Shown here: positions 102,886-113,088 of the stretch, in pieces
Numbering within the stretch: the first letter of the stretch is position 1
How the letters are laid out: each line of letters begins with the position of its first letter
Assembly (NCBI RefSeq): GCF_000737315.1
Contig: NZ_JMCB01000005.1
Location: forward strand, 20,001-268,000
DNA length: 248,000 bases
Source: Hyalangium minutum
Lineage (GTDB): Bacteria; Myxococcota; Myxococcia; Myxococcales; Myxococcaceae
Reading direction: 5' to 3'
Translations under genes and position numbers: made by a program
The notes under the pieces: generated by a model
What the model was told of the DNA's origin: nothing
The model's database searches: none
What the model saw: only the letters and a program-made list of their open reading frames with translations

Positions 102886-103989
102886 ATGGGCACGACAGAG
102901 GCAGCACTGCAGGCAGGGCTTGAAGGGGTCGTCGTCGCGGAGACGCGGCTGAGCGAGGTGGATGGCGAGCGCGGACGGCTGGTGATCGCCGGGAGTGATG
103001 TGGAGGTGCTCGCGGGCGCCGTCTCCTTCGAGGAGGTGTGCGCGAGGCTCTGGGCGCCGTACGCCCAGGGACCGCTTCCCTCCTCGCTCCAGGCAGCCCT
103101 CGGGGAGGCGCGCGTGCGGGCCTTCGGGCTGCTGGAGGGGCTGGGCAATGCCCTCTCGGCCGAGGACGGGATGGACGCGCTCCGGGCCGCCATGGCCCAT
103201 GTCCCCCTCCCGCCGGGCAACGAGCAGGAGACGTTCCTCCTTCTGACAGGAGCCGCCGCGGTGTTCACGGGCGCGTGGGCCCGGCGCAGGCGCGGGCTGG
103301 CGTCCGTGCGTCCGGATCCCAAGCTGTCCCATGCCGCGGACCTGCTGCGCATGGTCACCGGAGAGCATCAACCCGAGCGCGCCGCCGGGCTCGATGCGTA
103401 CCTGGTCACCGTCTCCGACCATGGCTTGAATGCCTCCACCTTCACCGCGCGCGTGATCACCTCGACGGGCTCGGATGCGGTGTCCGCCACGGTGGGCGCC
103501 ATCGGCGCGCTCAAGGGCCCGCTCCATGGTGGGGCGCCGGGGCCCGTGCTGGACATGCTCGACGCCATCGCCCGGCCGGAGAACGCGGCGTCGTGGCTGG
103601 AAGGGGAGCTGAAGGCCGGCCGCCGCATCATGGGCATGGGCCACCGCATCTACCGCGTGAGAGATCCTCGCGCTGCCGTACTGGAGCGCGCCATCGAGCG
103701 GCTGGAGCGCGGCGGGCTGCGGACCGACCGGCTCGCGCTGGCTCGGGCGGTGGAGCGTGCAGCCGAGGAGCTGCTCCGTCAGCGCTACCCGGATCGCCCG
103801 CTGCGCGCCAACGTGGAGTTCTACACGGCCGTGCTGCTCGACGCGGTGGGACTCGATCGGACGCTGTTCTCCACGGCCTTCGCCTGTGGCCGCGTCGCGG
103901 GCTGGCTCGGGCACGTCGCCGAGCAGCGGGCCACCGGTAGGCTCATCCGGCCCGCCTCCCGCTACGTGGGCACCATGCCGAAGGAGTAG
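102886..103989 (+). CDS. Citrate/methylcitrate synthase
   Basis: DHGLNAST, GPLHGGA, GMGHRIY, NVEFY. Confidence 0.88.
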   Translation: MGTTEAALQAGLEGVVVAETRLSEVDGERGRLVIAGSDVEVLAGAVSFEEVCARLWAPYAQGPLPSSLQAALGEARVRAFGLLEGLGNALSAEDGMDALRAAMAHVPLPPGNEQETFLLLTGAAAVFTGAWARRRRGLASVRPDPKLSHAADLLRMVTGEHQPERAAGLDAYLVTVSDHGLNASTFTARVITSTGSDAVSATVGAIGALKGPLHGGAPGPVLDMLDAIARPENAASWLEGELKAGRRIMGMGHRIYRVRDPRAAVLERAIERLERGGLRTDRLALARAVERAAEELLRQRYPDRPLRANVEFYTAVLLDAVGLDRTLFSTAFACGRVAGWLGHVAEQRATGRLIRPASRYVGTMPKE

Positions 103990-104054
103990 GGCAGGGGCGG
104001 CAATGGCCCGCCGCCTCCGGCGTAGAGTCCTCCGCTAGCGTGTGAGGAGGAACG

Positions 104055-104729
104055 ATGGACCGTGTTCGCTCGAAGCCACCGTCGAAGCGGTGGGTGAAGT
104101 ACCTGGCCGACCTGGCCTTCTTGGCCATCATCCTGGTGGGCCGTGGCAGCTTCGCGGACCACTACCATGTGCCCTCGGGCTCCATGGAGCCCACGCTCCA
104201 GGTGGGCGATCGCCTCGCGGTGGACAAGAGCGCCTATGGGCTGCGCATTCCTCTCACCCACGTCTGGCTGACCGAGAAGTCCCCTCAGCGTGGGGATGTG
104301 GTCGTCTTCGACTCTCCGGCGGATGGCAACGTGCTGGTCAAACGCCTGGTGGGGCTCCCGGGCGACCGCATCGCCTTCGATGGTGTGAACCTCCTCCTCA
104401 ACGGCCAACGTGTGCCTCAGGGCTTCACGCAGGAGGACGCGCGCATCGAATATCTGCCGGGCGCGCCCCACCCGCTCCACCCCGAGCCCTACCAGGGGCC
104501 TCCCATGAGAGAGGTGGAGGTGCCCCCGCGGCACTACCTGATGCTCGGCGATCATCGGGGCAACTCGGCGGACAGCCGCATCTTCGGACTCGTTCCCCGA
104601 GAGAACCTGCTCGGCCGGGCAGCGGCTGTCTACTACAGCCCGCGCGAGGGGCTCTCTGGCAGCGAGCGCTGGTGGATTCCCCTGCGCGCGGCGGAGGGCT
104701 CGGAGAGCGACCCGCGTCTCACGCGGTAG
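104055..104729 (+). CDS. lepB: Signal peptidase I
   Basis: PSGSMEPTL, VKR, GDHRGNSADSR. Confidence 0.88.
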   Translation: MDRVRSKPPSKRWVKYLADLAFLAIILVGRGSFADHYHVPSGSMEPTLQVGDRLAVDKSAYGLRIPLTHVWLTEKSPQRGDVVVFDSPADGNVLVKRLVGLPGDRIAFDGVNLLLNGQRVPQGFTQEDARIEYLPGAPHPLHPEPYQGPPMREVEVPPRHYLMLGDHRGNSADSRIFGLVPRENLLGRAAAVYYSPREGLSGSERWWIPLRAAEGSESDPRLTR

Positions 104730-104813
104730 GAGCGCAGGGGGATGCTGTATCAGCCAGCCACCCGACTGGTGTATGCAGCCGCATCCCCCCGTCGTATGCC
104801 TGAGGAGTCTCCG

Positions 104814-105839
104814 ATGCGTCGTCTCGGTCCCTGCCTTCTTGTCGCGAGCCTGCTGGCCGGTTGCGGTCCTGCCCAATCCGAACCGTCTTTCACCCCGTCA
104901 CTCGATCGCGAGGCCGCGTCGCTCACCACCACGGACGTGGATGTGGCCCCAGAGTGCCAGGGCATCCTCACCTTCGTGAACACGGCATCCTTCGAGACAC
105001 TGGACGCGTACCTTCCCAGCGACGCTGCCAGCAACCTCGTCGCCCGCCGCTCGACGGCGCCCTTCGCGACGCTGGCGGAGGTCTCCGCCGTCAACCTGAT
105101 GGGCCCGGTTCGCCTGACCCAGATCGAGTCGGGTGCCCGTGCTCTCGGCTACATCGACAGCACCTGTGCCGGCATCCTGGACGAGCTCGCTCTCTCTTCC
105201 GATGACGCCGCGGCGGTGGTGTCCCTGGTGAACACCGTGAGCGCCAGTACCCTGTACGCTGTCCTGCCTCACGCGTGGAATGGCGCCACGAACCTCATCA
105301 ACCTGCGTCCGTTCACCTCGGCCCAGGCCATCTCCAACGTCAGCGGCATCGGCGCGGTGAGCCTGCGGAACCTCCGCAACGCCGCCACGATGGGGTACTC
105401 CCTGGAGGTGCTCGTCTCTGCGGTGAACGCCCTGCCCGAGGACGAGTGGACCGTGAAGCTGGATCAGTCCTTCGAGGTGGCAAATGTCATCGCGGGGGAG
105501 CATGGGAATGGGCGCAACAACGGGGGGACCTGCTTCGGCATCGACCCCAGCACCTTCCCGAGCACTTGGACGAACCGCCCGACGCTGGCCACGGCCACCG
105601 AAGTTCGCGACTACGTCGCGAGCGCCGCCTCTTTCGCCAACTACGTCCACAACTACCCGATCTCGAGTGAGGTCGTCACGGAGGGCCTGGCGAATCTCGA
105701 AACGCGCATCGCTGGCCGCACGTTCAAAGGCTGCCATCTCAGCTACAGCAAGGGCCCGTGGGGCGGCATCCAGGTTCACTTCTTCGTCGACACGGAGACG
105801 GGCTTCCGGATCCTGACGGAGCAGCACTGGGTCGAGTGA
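104814..105839 (+). CDS. Lipoprotein with HhH-like repeats
   Basis: Lipobox; repeated RP F.TLAE/VS.V..G units. Confidence 0.6.
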   Translation: MRRLGPCLLVASLLAGCGPAQSEPSFTPSLDREAASLTTTDVDVAPECQGILTFVNTASFETLDAYLPSDAASNLVARRSTAPFATLAEVSAVNLMGPVRLTQIESGARALGYIDSTCAGILDELALSSDDAAAVVSLVNTVSASTLYAVLPHAWNGATNLINLRPFTSAQAISNVSGIGAVSLRNLRNAATMGYSLEVLVSAVNALPEDEWTVKLDQSFEVANVIAGEHGNGRNNGGTCFGIDPSTFPSTWTNRPTLATATEVRDYVASAASFANYVHNYPISSEVVTEGLANLETRIAGRTFKGCHLSYSKGPWGGIQVHFFVDTETGFRILTEQHWVE

Positions 105840-105849
105840 GGGGCTTGCT

Positions 105850-107286
105850 TCATTCCCACTCGTAGTCCAAGTCGAGGACCTTGCCCGCAGCGTCCAGACT
105901 GAACGTCCATTTCACCGAGATGTCCTGGCCATACACCACGCGGAGGATGCGCTTGCGCGGCTCGCTGTCCCTGCGGTCCTCGAGCAGGACCACTCGGCGG
106001 ACGGGCGGATAGAGGGCGCTGCCCGGCGTTCCGAAGCCGCGCAGCACCGGCACGAGCTCCTCCTGTGCGCGGGGCGCGAAGGCGGCCGCATCGAGCGTGC
106101 CGTTCATCACGCCCTCCACGACCCCGCGCAGCGTGGCGGTCAGGGCCGGCTCCGTGTCCGCGAGGCCCGGCGCGTCCAGCCCTGGAAGCGGCGGCAGGTG
106201 GAGGCTCGCGATGTTGCGTGCCAGCACCGGGAGGAGTCCCTGCTTGTTCGTCAGGATGATCACCGTGAGCTTCTGGTCCGGGATGCGAAGCACGTCTCCG
106301 AGCGAGCCACCCCCGCTGTGCCCGAAGGTCAGCAGCCCGCGCAGCTGGCTCACGGCAAACGCCACGCCGAAGCCGCCCGCGTGCCCGTCCTTCAGCTTGA
106401 GGGCGGTGGCGCTGGCCTGCTGCATCGCGGGGGTGAGCAGGGTGCCCTGGTCCATGGCCACGGCCCACTGGGCGAGGTCCTTCGCGCAGGAGAAGACCCC
106501 GCCCGCGGCGTAGGTGTGGACAGGGTAGAGGAACCAGGCTCGTTGGGGCACGCCGTCCACGAAGCGATAGAGGCTGGCGCGGCGCGGGATGACATCGGCG
106601 AGGCGTACCGGGCCCTCCTGCCTCGCGTGCTCGTAGCGCGTGCAGGAGAAACCGAGGGGCTGGAAGATGCGGCTGCGCAGCAGCTCCTCGAAGCGCTCCC
106701 CGGTGACCTTTTCCATGAGGTGGGTGAGCACGACGAAGTCCGTGAGCGCGTATTCGCTGCGCTCGCCGGGGGCGTAGGCCAGGGAGGTCTTCTTGGCGGC
106801 CTCGTACCGCTCGGCGGCGGTGGCGGCACTGCTGTCTTCATCGGGGAGATCCTTCAACCCCGACGCGTGTGCGGTGAGGTGCCGGACGGTCATCCCCTTC
106901 CAGGTCTCGGGCGCGTCCGGCAGGTATTTCGAGAGGGGCTCATCGAGGTCGAGCTTGCCCTCCTGCACGAGGCGCATCACCAGTGTGCCGGTGAAGACCT
107001 TGGTGGCAGAGGCGATCTGAAACGAGGTCTCGGGTCCCACCTTCGTCTCGGACTCCAGGTCCGCGAGACCGTACGAGCCGAGCCGCTCGACCTTTCCATC
107101 ACGAACGATGGCCAGGGCAATGCCGGGGACCTGGTTCTTCTCCATGACGGCCTGGAGGTAGGCGTCCACGGCATCGGTGGCCGAGCCGCCGAGTGTCTCC
107201 GGGGAGGACAGCGGTGGGTGCGTCGCACAGCTCGCCGTGAGGAGGAGGAACGCCAAGGCCAGCAGGTCTTTCGTCACATCCCTCAT
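105850..107286 (-). CDS. Serine hydrolase (beta-lactamase family) lipoprotein
   Basis: SATK, HSG. Confidence 0.82.
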   Translation of the reverse strand: MRDVTKDLLALAFLLLTASCATHPPLSSPETLGGSATDAVDAYLQAVMEKNQVPGIALAIVRDGKVERLGSYGLADLESETKVGPETSFQIASATKVFTGTLVMRLVQEGKLDLDEPLSKYLPDAPETWKGMTVRHLTAHASGLKDLPDEDSSAATAAERYEAAKKTSLAYAPGERSEYALTDFVVLTHLMEKVTGERFEELLRSRIFQPLGFSCTRYEHARQEGPVRLADVIPRRASLYRFVDGVPQRAWFLYPVHTYAAGGVFSCAKDLAQWAVAMDQGTLLTPAMQQASATALKLKDGHAGGFGVAFAVSQLRGLLTFGHSGGGSLGDVLRIPDQKLTVIILTNKQGLLPVLARNIASLHLPPLPGLDAPGLADTEPALTATLRGVVEGVMNGTLDAAAFAPRAQEELVPVLRGFGTPGSALYPPVRRVVLLEDRRDSEPRKRILRVVYGQDISVKWTFSLDAAGKVLDLDYEWE

Positions 107287-107374
107287 TGAACTGCTTCTAT
107301 CCCCGAGCTGTCCCGAGCAATTTTCACTCAGGTTGCTCCCGAGGGAGCCGGGTGCTTAGGTCCGGGCCGCCGCC

Positions 107375-108034
107375 ATGACTCCGCCCGGCCCCTTGCTCGC
107401 TTCCATTTATGGACTGTACCTGCTCGCGGTCATCACGCCCGGGCCGAACACGTTCATCGTCACGCGCTTGGCGCTGTCCACCACGCGTCGGCACGCGGCC
107501 TGGGCCGTGTTGGGCATTGCCTTGGGGAATGCCGCGTGGCTGTGCGTCATCTTGGGCGGCGTCGCCGTCCTCTTGCAGCAGCACCCGGAAGGCATGCGCG
107601 CCATGCGCTACGTGGGCGGGCTGTACCTGCTCTACCTGGGCGTGCGAGGGCTGTGTGCCGCACGGACGGCCTCACGGGCTTCCGAGGCGGCTCCCGCTGC
107701 GGCTCCGGGGACGGCGCTCGTGGAGAGGGCCATGTCGGGGGAGGAAGACCGGCCGTTTCGCAGTGGGCTGTTCGCCAGCCTGTCCAATCCGAACACGATG
107801 CCGTTCTACCTGAGCATTCTCGCACCCACGGTGGCCCCGGACATCCCCCTGTGGGTGCGCGTGGCGGCAGCCGTGGGCATCGTGATGATCGCCATGGCGT
107901 GGTACGGGACTCTGGCCTGGGGCCTGTCCACTGGCCACGTCCGGCAGGCGTACTCCCGGCGGGAGCCGGTCATCCGCCGGGTGCTTGCGCTGGTGCTGAT
108001 GGCCTACGGGCTCCGGCTGCTGATCTCGGGGTAG
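107375..108034 (+). CDS. LysE family translocator
   Basis: TPGPN, SNP. Confidence 0.85.
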   Translation: MTPPGPLLASIYGLYLLAVITPGPNTFIVTRLALSTTRRHAAWAVLGIALGNAAWLCVILGGVAVLLQQHPEGMRAMRYVGGLYLLYLGVRGLCAARTASRASEAAPAAAPGTALVERAMSGEEDRPFRSGLFASLSNPNTMPFYLSILAPTVAPDIPLWVRVAAAVGIVMIAMAWYGTLAWGLSTGHVRQAYSRREPVIRRVLALVLMAYGLRLLISG

Positions 108035-108167
108035 AGGCGCGGTAGGGAACCACCGATTCCCGGTGATTCAGGCTCGTCGTGCGGAACTCCCAGCTTGATC
108101 AGCGTCTCGAGCGTCCTCGCCATGTCCTCCGCCGCGCCCGCCAACCGGGAGTGTATCCCGAGAGAGC

Positions 108168-109424
108168 TCAGCGGCAGTCCGCCAGCACCGTGCGCGCCCG
108201 CTCCTCCAGCGCTGGTACCTGCTCCTCCCCCGAGGCGAGCAGCGCCTTCACGGCCTTGCAGCCCTGTGCCTGGGCGTTCGCGGCTTTGACGGCGTCCCAG
108301 TAGAGCTCCAGCGCCCCGGCGGTGCGGCGAGAGGCCAGGTTGGTCTCGGCCAGCGCTAGCGCCTTCTGAGGAGCCGCGCCGAGTCCCAGATAGAAACGCG
108401 CGGCATGATCCGCGAAGGCCAGCGGATGGCGGGCAGTCCAGTGCTCGAAGCCGGCCGTCGCTCGGGCCAGGAACTGCTGAGCCTCGGACTCCTTGCCGGT
108501 CTGGCGCAGCAAGCCCGCGAGCTGCGCGGCGGACTCGGGATCATCTGAGCGCTCCACGACGGGCCGCAACAGGGCAATGGCCTTGTCGGTGCGGCCCGCG
108601 GCGGTTTCCACCTCGGCGAGGTGGGTGGCCGCGGCGGCGTAGACCGGGAGGCGCGCATGGGCCGCCGCCCAGGACTGGCCAGCGCGCTCCAGGTTGCCCG
108701 CGCTCTCCCAGAGCAGACCCTCCTGGAACTCCAGCCACGCCACGGGGAAGGGGGACACGTCCCGGTACGTGGCACGCGCCTGCGCGTAGAGCTTGGCGGC
108801 CTCCTCGAAGTGGCCCTCTTCGGTCATGGCGCCAGCGAGCCCCGCCAGCGTCTCCAGGCTCGGCCGGGCTTCGGCGGCGGCCCGGTGGAACTTCTGCGCT
108901 TCACTCGCGTGCCCGGTGGCCTGGAGAATGGCCGCCCGAGGCTCATCGATGGCGAGGCCCTTCACGCCCCGGTGCTCGGCCTCCGCCAGATCCGCCAGCG
109001 CCTCGTCGAAATGGTGCAGCCGGCCCCGCACGTTGGCGCGCTTGAGGTAGCTCTGGGCATCCTCGGGCGCCGCCTGGACCAGCCGGTCCGCCAGTTCCAG
109101 GGACTGATCATAGTCCGCGAGCACCCCAAGGAACTGGGCTCGCACCATTCGCAGCTCCATCATCGCCCTCAGCCGGTCGGGGGCCGTGGGCTGCTCGGCC
109201 AGCCTCCTCTCGGCCTGGGCCAGCTGCGTCTCGAAGTTGTGGAGAGCGAGGGCGCCATCCGTCGTGCGCGGCTCTGGAGGCAGGGCTGCGGTGTCCCCGC
109301 CCGCTCCGCCCACCGCGGCAGGCGGTGAAGCGGAGGGACGGGGCGTGGAGGCATTGCGGTCGCATCCCGATGCCACCATTCCAGTACCGATCAATAGGAG
109401 GACTCGCCAGTGCATGGTGGTCAT
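108168..109424 (-). CDS. TPR lipoprotein
   Basis: Lipobox and helical repeats; downstream of the DUF4331 pair. Confidence 0.7.
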   Translation of the reverse strand: MTTMHWRVLLLIGTGMVASGCDRNASTPRPSASPPAAVGGAGGDTAALPPEPRTTDGALALHNFETQLAQAERRLAEQPTAPDRLRAMMELRMVRAQFLGVLADYDQSLELADRLVQAAPEDAQSYLKRANVRGRLHHFDEALADLAEAEHRGVKGLAIDEPRAAILQATGHASEAQKFHRAAAEARPSLETLAGLAGAMTEEGHFEEAAKLYAQARATYRDVSPFPVAWLEFQEGLLWESAGNLERAGQSWAAAHARLPVYAAAATHLAEVETAAGRTDKAIALLRPVVERSDDPESAAQLAGLLRQTGKESEAQQFLARATAGFEHWTARHPLAFADHAARFYLGLGAAPQKALALAETNLASRRTAGALELYWDAVKAANAQAQGCKAVKALLASGEEQVPALEERARTVLADCR

Positions 109425-109442
109425 TGGGAAGGCCCTTTCGTC

Positions 109443-110063
109443 TTAGCGAGGTGCGGCGAGGAACGGGAACGCGGTGTGGGAGTGGATGTTGCCATCCCCG
109501 TCGGCGTTGATGCCGTCTGTCACGCCGGTGAGCACCCCGGCGGCGAGCACCGAGAAGCTCGTGTCGATCACGTCGTAGTTGGGAGCGCGGCCGCCGCAGT
109601 CGTTATTGGGGACGACGTTGACGGCATTGGCCTCGACGGCCAGGTACTGGCCACACGTGGTAGAGGCGGTGTTGACGTAGAGCTGGTCTTCCGCCAGCAC
109701 TCCGGCCAGGGTGTTGTAGCGCCCGGCGGCGTCCGTCGGGCCCGCCAGCAGCTGGTTGCCGCATTGGGCGTCCAACCCGTCGAGGATGGACAGGCTGGAG
109801 GCGATGTTGGCGGAGTAGCCGGACCAACTGGCCTGCAGCGAGACGTTGTAGCTGTCCTTGGCGGCGTTCGTGGTGTTGGCGTCCGCTTCGAACGTGCCGA
109901 TGAGGGCGGCGTTGATGGCCGGCCGCCCCATCCGATCGATCAGCGTCCCCAGCGTTGGCACCGGAGGCGGCTGGTTGTCCGGAGGCTCCTCGTCATCATC
110001 CTTGCACGCCGCAAGAGGCATCAGCAGGCTCGCGTAGAGAGCCATCTTCAGGATTCGCTTCAT
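109443..110063 (-). CDS. DUF4331 family lipoprotein
   Basis: IDRMGRPAIN, GGR...DVID, FPFLAAP. Confidence 0.8.
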   Translation of the reverse strand: MKRILKMALYASLLMPLAACKDDDEEPPDNQPPPVPTLGTLIDRMGRPAINAALIGTFEADANTTNAAKDSYNVSLQASWSGYSANIASSLSILDGLDAQCGNQLLAGPTDAAGRYNTLAGVLAEDQLYVNTASTTCGQYLAVEANAVNVVPNNDCGGRAPNYDVIDTSFSVLAAGVLTGVTDGINADGDGNIHSHTAFPFLAAPR

Positions 110064-110075
110064 GGTGGCTCTCCG

Positions 110076-110777
110076 TTAGCGGCGGTGAGTGCTGGCCCAG
110101 ACGCCCAGGATGGGACCGCCGGGAGTGACGAGGCTCTTGTCGACCTGGACCACGATGGCCAGGGTGTTCGTGCCGGCGAAGGTGTCCGTCGGCGCGGCGC
110201 CGTTCGCGCCCGTTCTGAGCTGGGTGACGAGCGTGTTGGACGTGGCCGAGTCCAGCTTCGGGCAGCCCGCCGTGTCGAAGGTGAGTGACGAGGCCGCGCT
110301 CTTCACCGCGCCGACCGTGGCCGCGAAGCCGGGGATGTTGAAGAAGAACGGATCATTCCGCAGGCCCGCGAATACCTTCAGCTTGCCGCTCGTGCTGGAG
110401 AGGCCCTGGGCCGCGTCCGCCTTGCCGGTGACGTACTCGCTGTCGCCCGCCCAGCAGCTGATCGTCTGCTGTGCGTCGAAGCCGCAGATGATGCGGACCT
110501 CGGTGGAGGCCGTCGCGGTGAAGGTCTGCTTGGAGTTGAGGTGGAAGACGTAGAGGACGGCGTCCGAGGGCAGGGTGCCTGTGGGAGCCGCCGGGTTGAA
110601 GGTCATCACCAGGTTGACCTTCTGCCCGCCCGAGTCCGTCCAGGCATACAAGTCATTGATGTCCGCGTCCTTGTTCGAGGTGGCGGACGGGCCATCCCGG
110701 TGGTCCGCGGCTTGCGCGGTGGGGAGCAGCGCGAACAGCGCTAGCAACCCGGTGAGTTGCAGGGAGAGTCGTTTCAT
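110076..110777 (-). CDS. DUF4331 family protein
   Basis: ADHRDGP, DINDLYAW, FAGLRNDPFFF. Confidence 0.82.
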   Translation of the reverse strand: MKRLSLQLTGLLALFALLPTAQAADHRDGPSATSNKDADINDLYAWTDSGGQKVNLVMTFNPAAPTGTLPSDAVLYVFHLNSKQTFTATASTEVRIICGFDAQQTISCWAGDSEYVTGKADAAQGLSSTSGKLKVFAGLRNDPFFFNIPGFAATVGAVKSAASSLTFDTAGCPKLDSATSNTLVTQLRTGANGAAPTDTFAGTNTLAIVVQVDKSLVTPGGPILGVWASTHRR

Positions 110778-111064
110778 CGAGGGTCCTTTCGACTTCGGGT
110801 ACAGAACGGCGGGGCGAGGTACGGAACAGACCCCGGATCTGGATCTCCGAAATCGACGCGGCGCCCTCAGCGAAGTGCATCCGGGCAAGCAGGGGGGCCG
110901 CAGAAGGCCCTGTGATTTCAGCCGCTTGGCAGGCACCCAAAAAAGAATATTCGCCGTGTCGATCTCGCGGTTCCTGGTTCGACGCATCCATAGGAGCCGG
111001 AGTTCAGTGGGCCGAAGCCCTCGGGACGCCTGCTCCCCACCCGCAGTTCCAGAGAGGGCAAACC

Positions 111065-111487
111065 ATGCGCTTCATGATGCTGATGATTCCCAAGGGGTAC
111101 GAGAAGGCCGCGCCGGGCACGATGCCAGACGCCACGGCCGTTGCCGCGATGATGAAGTACAACGAGTCCCTGCAGAAGGCCGGCGTGCTGCTCGCGCTCG
111201 ATGGCCTGCACCCGCCCTCCATGGGCGCGCGCATCTCGTTCTCGGGGGGCAAGCCCAAGGTGACCGATGGGCCCTTCGCCGAGACCAAGGAAGTGCTCGG
111301 CGGCTACTGGATGATCCAGGTGAAGTCCAAGGAAGAGGCCATCGAGTGGGCGTCGCGCTGCCCTGCTTCGGACAACGAGGTGATCGAGCTTCGCCAGGTG
111401 CAGGAGTTCGCGGACTTCCCCACGGATGTTCAGCAGGAACTGGGGAAGTTTTCCGATCACTCCATCCTGAAGATGAACGCGTCGTAG
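111065..111487 (+). CDS. YciI family protein
   Basis: DGPFAETKEVLGGYW. Confidence 0.88.
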   Translation: MRFMMLMIPKGYEKAAPGTMPDATAVAAMMKYNESLQKAGVLLALDGLHPPSMGARISFSGGKPKVTDGPFAETKEVLGGYWMIQVKSKEEAIEWASRCPASDNEVIELRQVQEFADFPTDVQQELGKFSDHSILKMNAS

Positions 111488-112884
111488 TTGCGGGGCAGGG
111501 AGGGTTCAACCTTCCCGGTGCCGAAATCCACCGGCATGGAGAACGAACCGGCCAGCGTGACGTCACCGTGCCGGGTGACAGACAGAGCGGACATGGGCGC
111601 GCCGTCCGAGCTGAAGGTGCGTACCCTCTGCTGGTGACCCTGCCCCCACGTGAACCGGCTGACAACCGAGTAGAGGCTGCTCGTGGAAGGCAGCGGTCCC
111701 GTGCCCACGTCATCGCTCGGAAACGCGTAGCCGAGCACCGTCATGCCGTCCTCCTGGGCCGAGTCCACCTGCATGACGCTTCCACCGAGCGTCTGTCCCC
111801 ACCGGTCCCCTCCATTCCGCGTCATCGCGAGCACCAGACCGCTGCTGCCTACAGGGCGTGCGGTGAAGGTGTGCCCGCCGAACTTGAAACGGCCGCGGAA
111901 CTCCCCCGTCACGACGACGCGGTTGCCATGCACCGCGACATCATGGAACTTCGTCATGTCCGTCATTCCCTCCAGCGTGCGGGACCAGACATGCCCGCCG
112001 GATGGGGTGTAGCGGGCGACCACGGCCGTCTCGCCGCCAAAGGGGGACCCCGGGTGCAGCGGGCCGCCGCCGAAGTCGGACTCCGCCGTGAAGTAGCCTG
112101 CGACATGGATGAAGTTGTGCTCGTCGGTGGTCACGGCCCAGAAGACACTGGTGTCCGGCGTGTCGAAGACGCGATCCACCACATATGCGCCGTCCCGTGT
112201 GTACTTCACGAAGAAGGCGCCCTCGACCGAGGCCGAGCGCGGGCCACCGCCGAAATCCGCTGTCCCTGACATGGAGCCCGCCAGGAGGATGTTGTCGTCG
112301 CCGTCCACGGTCAGCCCGGAGGCGAAGCCAAAGTACCCCTGCAGGTGGCGCGCCCAGCGAACAGTCCCGTCATGGGAAAATTGCGCGAGGAAAAAGCCGG
112401 GCCCCACCGAGACTCCTCCGAAATCCGCCCCGAGCTCGGCATATCCGTACACGGTGATGTTGCGCTGGCGGTCGACCGTGACATTGCCGAACTCCGTCTC
112501 GGGGAACTCGGAGCCCGCCGGCGCACCGTAGCCGTGGGCCCAGAGCAGCTGGCCATTTCGCGCATATTTCACGATGAAGGCGCGAGGGCGCGACGTGTCC
112601 TCCTCCGGCGGCAGCGGGCCGCTTCCGAAGTCCGGCGATCCCTGGTAGTTGCCGACCAGGATGCTGGCGTCATCCCTGTCCGTCGCGAGCCTTCCCGCGA
112701 AGACGTTTCCCTCCAGGGTCGCGGCGCTGCGGCGCAGCCAGCGCGTGTGCCAGCCGCGGTTCACCTGCTGCTCCACGTGGGCCAGCGGAGCGTCCAACTC
112801 GGACACCTCCGAGACACTCGGGCCACACGCTCCCCACAGCGTGGCCCACGAAAGCAGCAACTTCCAGGCGCGCCTGCTCGACAT
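111457..112884 (-). CDS. Beta-propeller repeat lipoprotein
   Basis: Repeated DFGGGP and FxxKY..DG...W units. Confidence 0.62.
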   Translation of the reverse strand: MSSRRAWKLLLSWATLWGACGPSVSEVSELDAPLAHVEQQVNRGWHTRWLRRSAATLEGNVFAGRLATDRDDASILVGNYQGSPDFGSGPLPPEEDTSRPRAFIVKYARNGQLLWAHGYGAPAGSEFPETEFGNVTVDRQRNITVYGYAELGADFGGVSVGPGFFLAQFSHDGTVRWARHLQGYFGFASGLTVDGDDNILLAGSMSGTADFGGGPRSASVEGAFFVKYTRDGAYVVDRVFDTPDTSVFWAVTTDEHNFIHVAGYFTAESDFGGGPLHPGSPFGGETAVVARYTPSGGHVWSRTLEGMTDMTKFHDVAVHGNRVVVTGEFRGRFKFGGHTFTARPVGSSGLVLAMTRNGGDRWGQTLGGSVMQVDSAQEDGMTVLGYAFPSDDVGTGPLPSTSSLYSVVSRFTWGQGHQQRVRTFSSDGAPMSALSVTRHGDVTLAGSFSMPVDFGTGKVEPSLPRNYDAFIFRME

Positions 112885-113088
112885 GGTCTTCCCCCCTCGT
112901 GGAGACTCCTGCCAGCGCCAAGCCTGGCGGGGCGGAGCAGGGTCGCCATCAACGGCCGTCCTGTCTCTCGTTCGTCAGTTCATGGGGCTATCCAGCTCTC
113001 GACGCAGTTCCGCGCCCACACTCTGGGGGCAGGGCTGTGAGTCCGCGCGTAGGATGGTGGGCCCTACGAAGCTCAGAGGTTCATCTCG

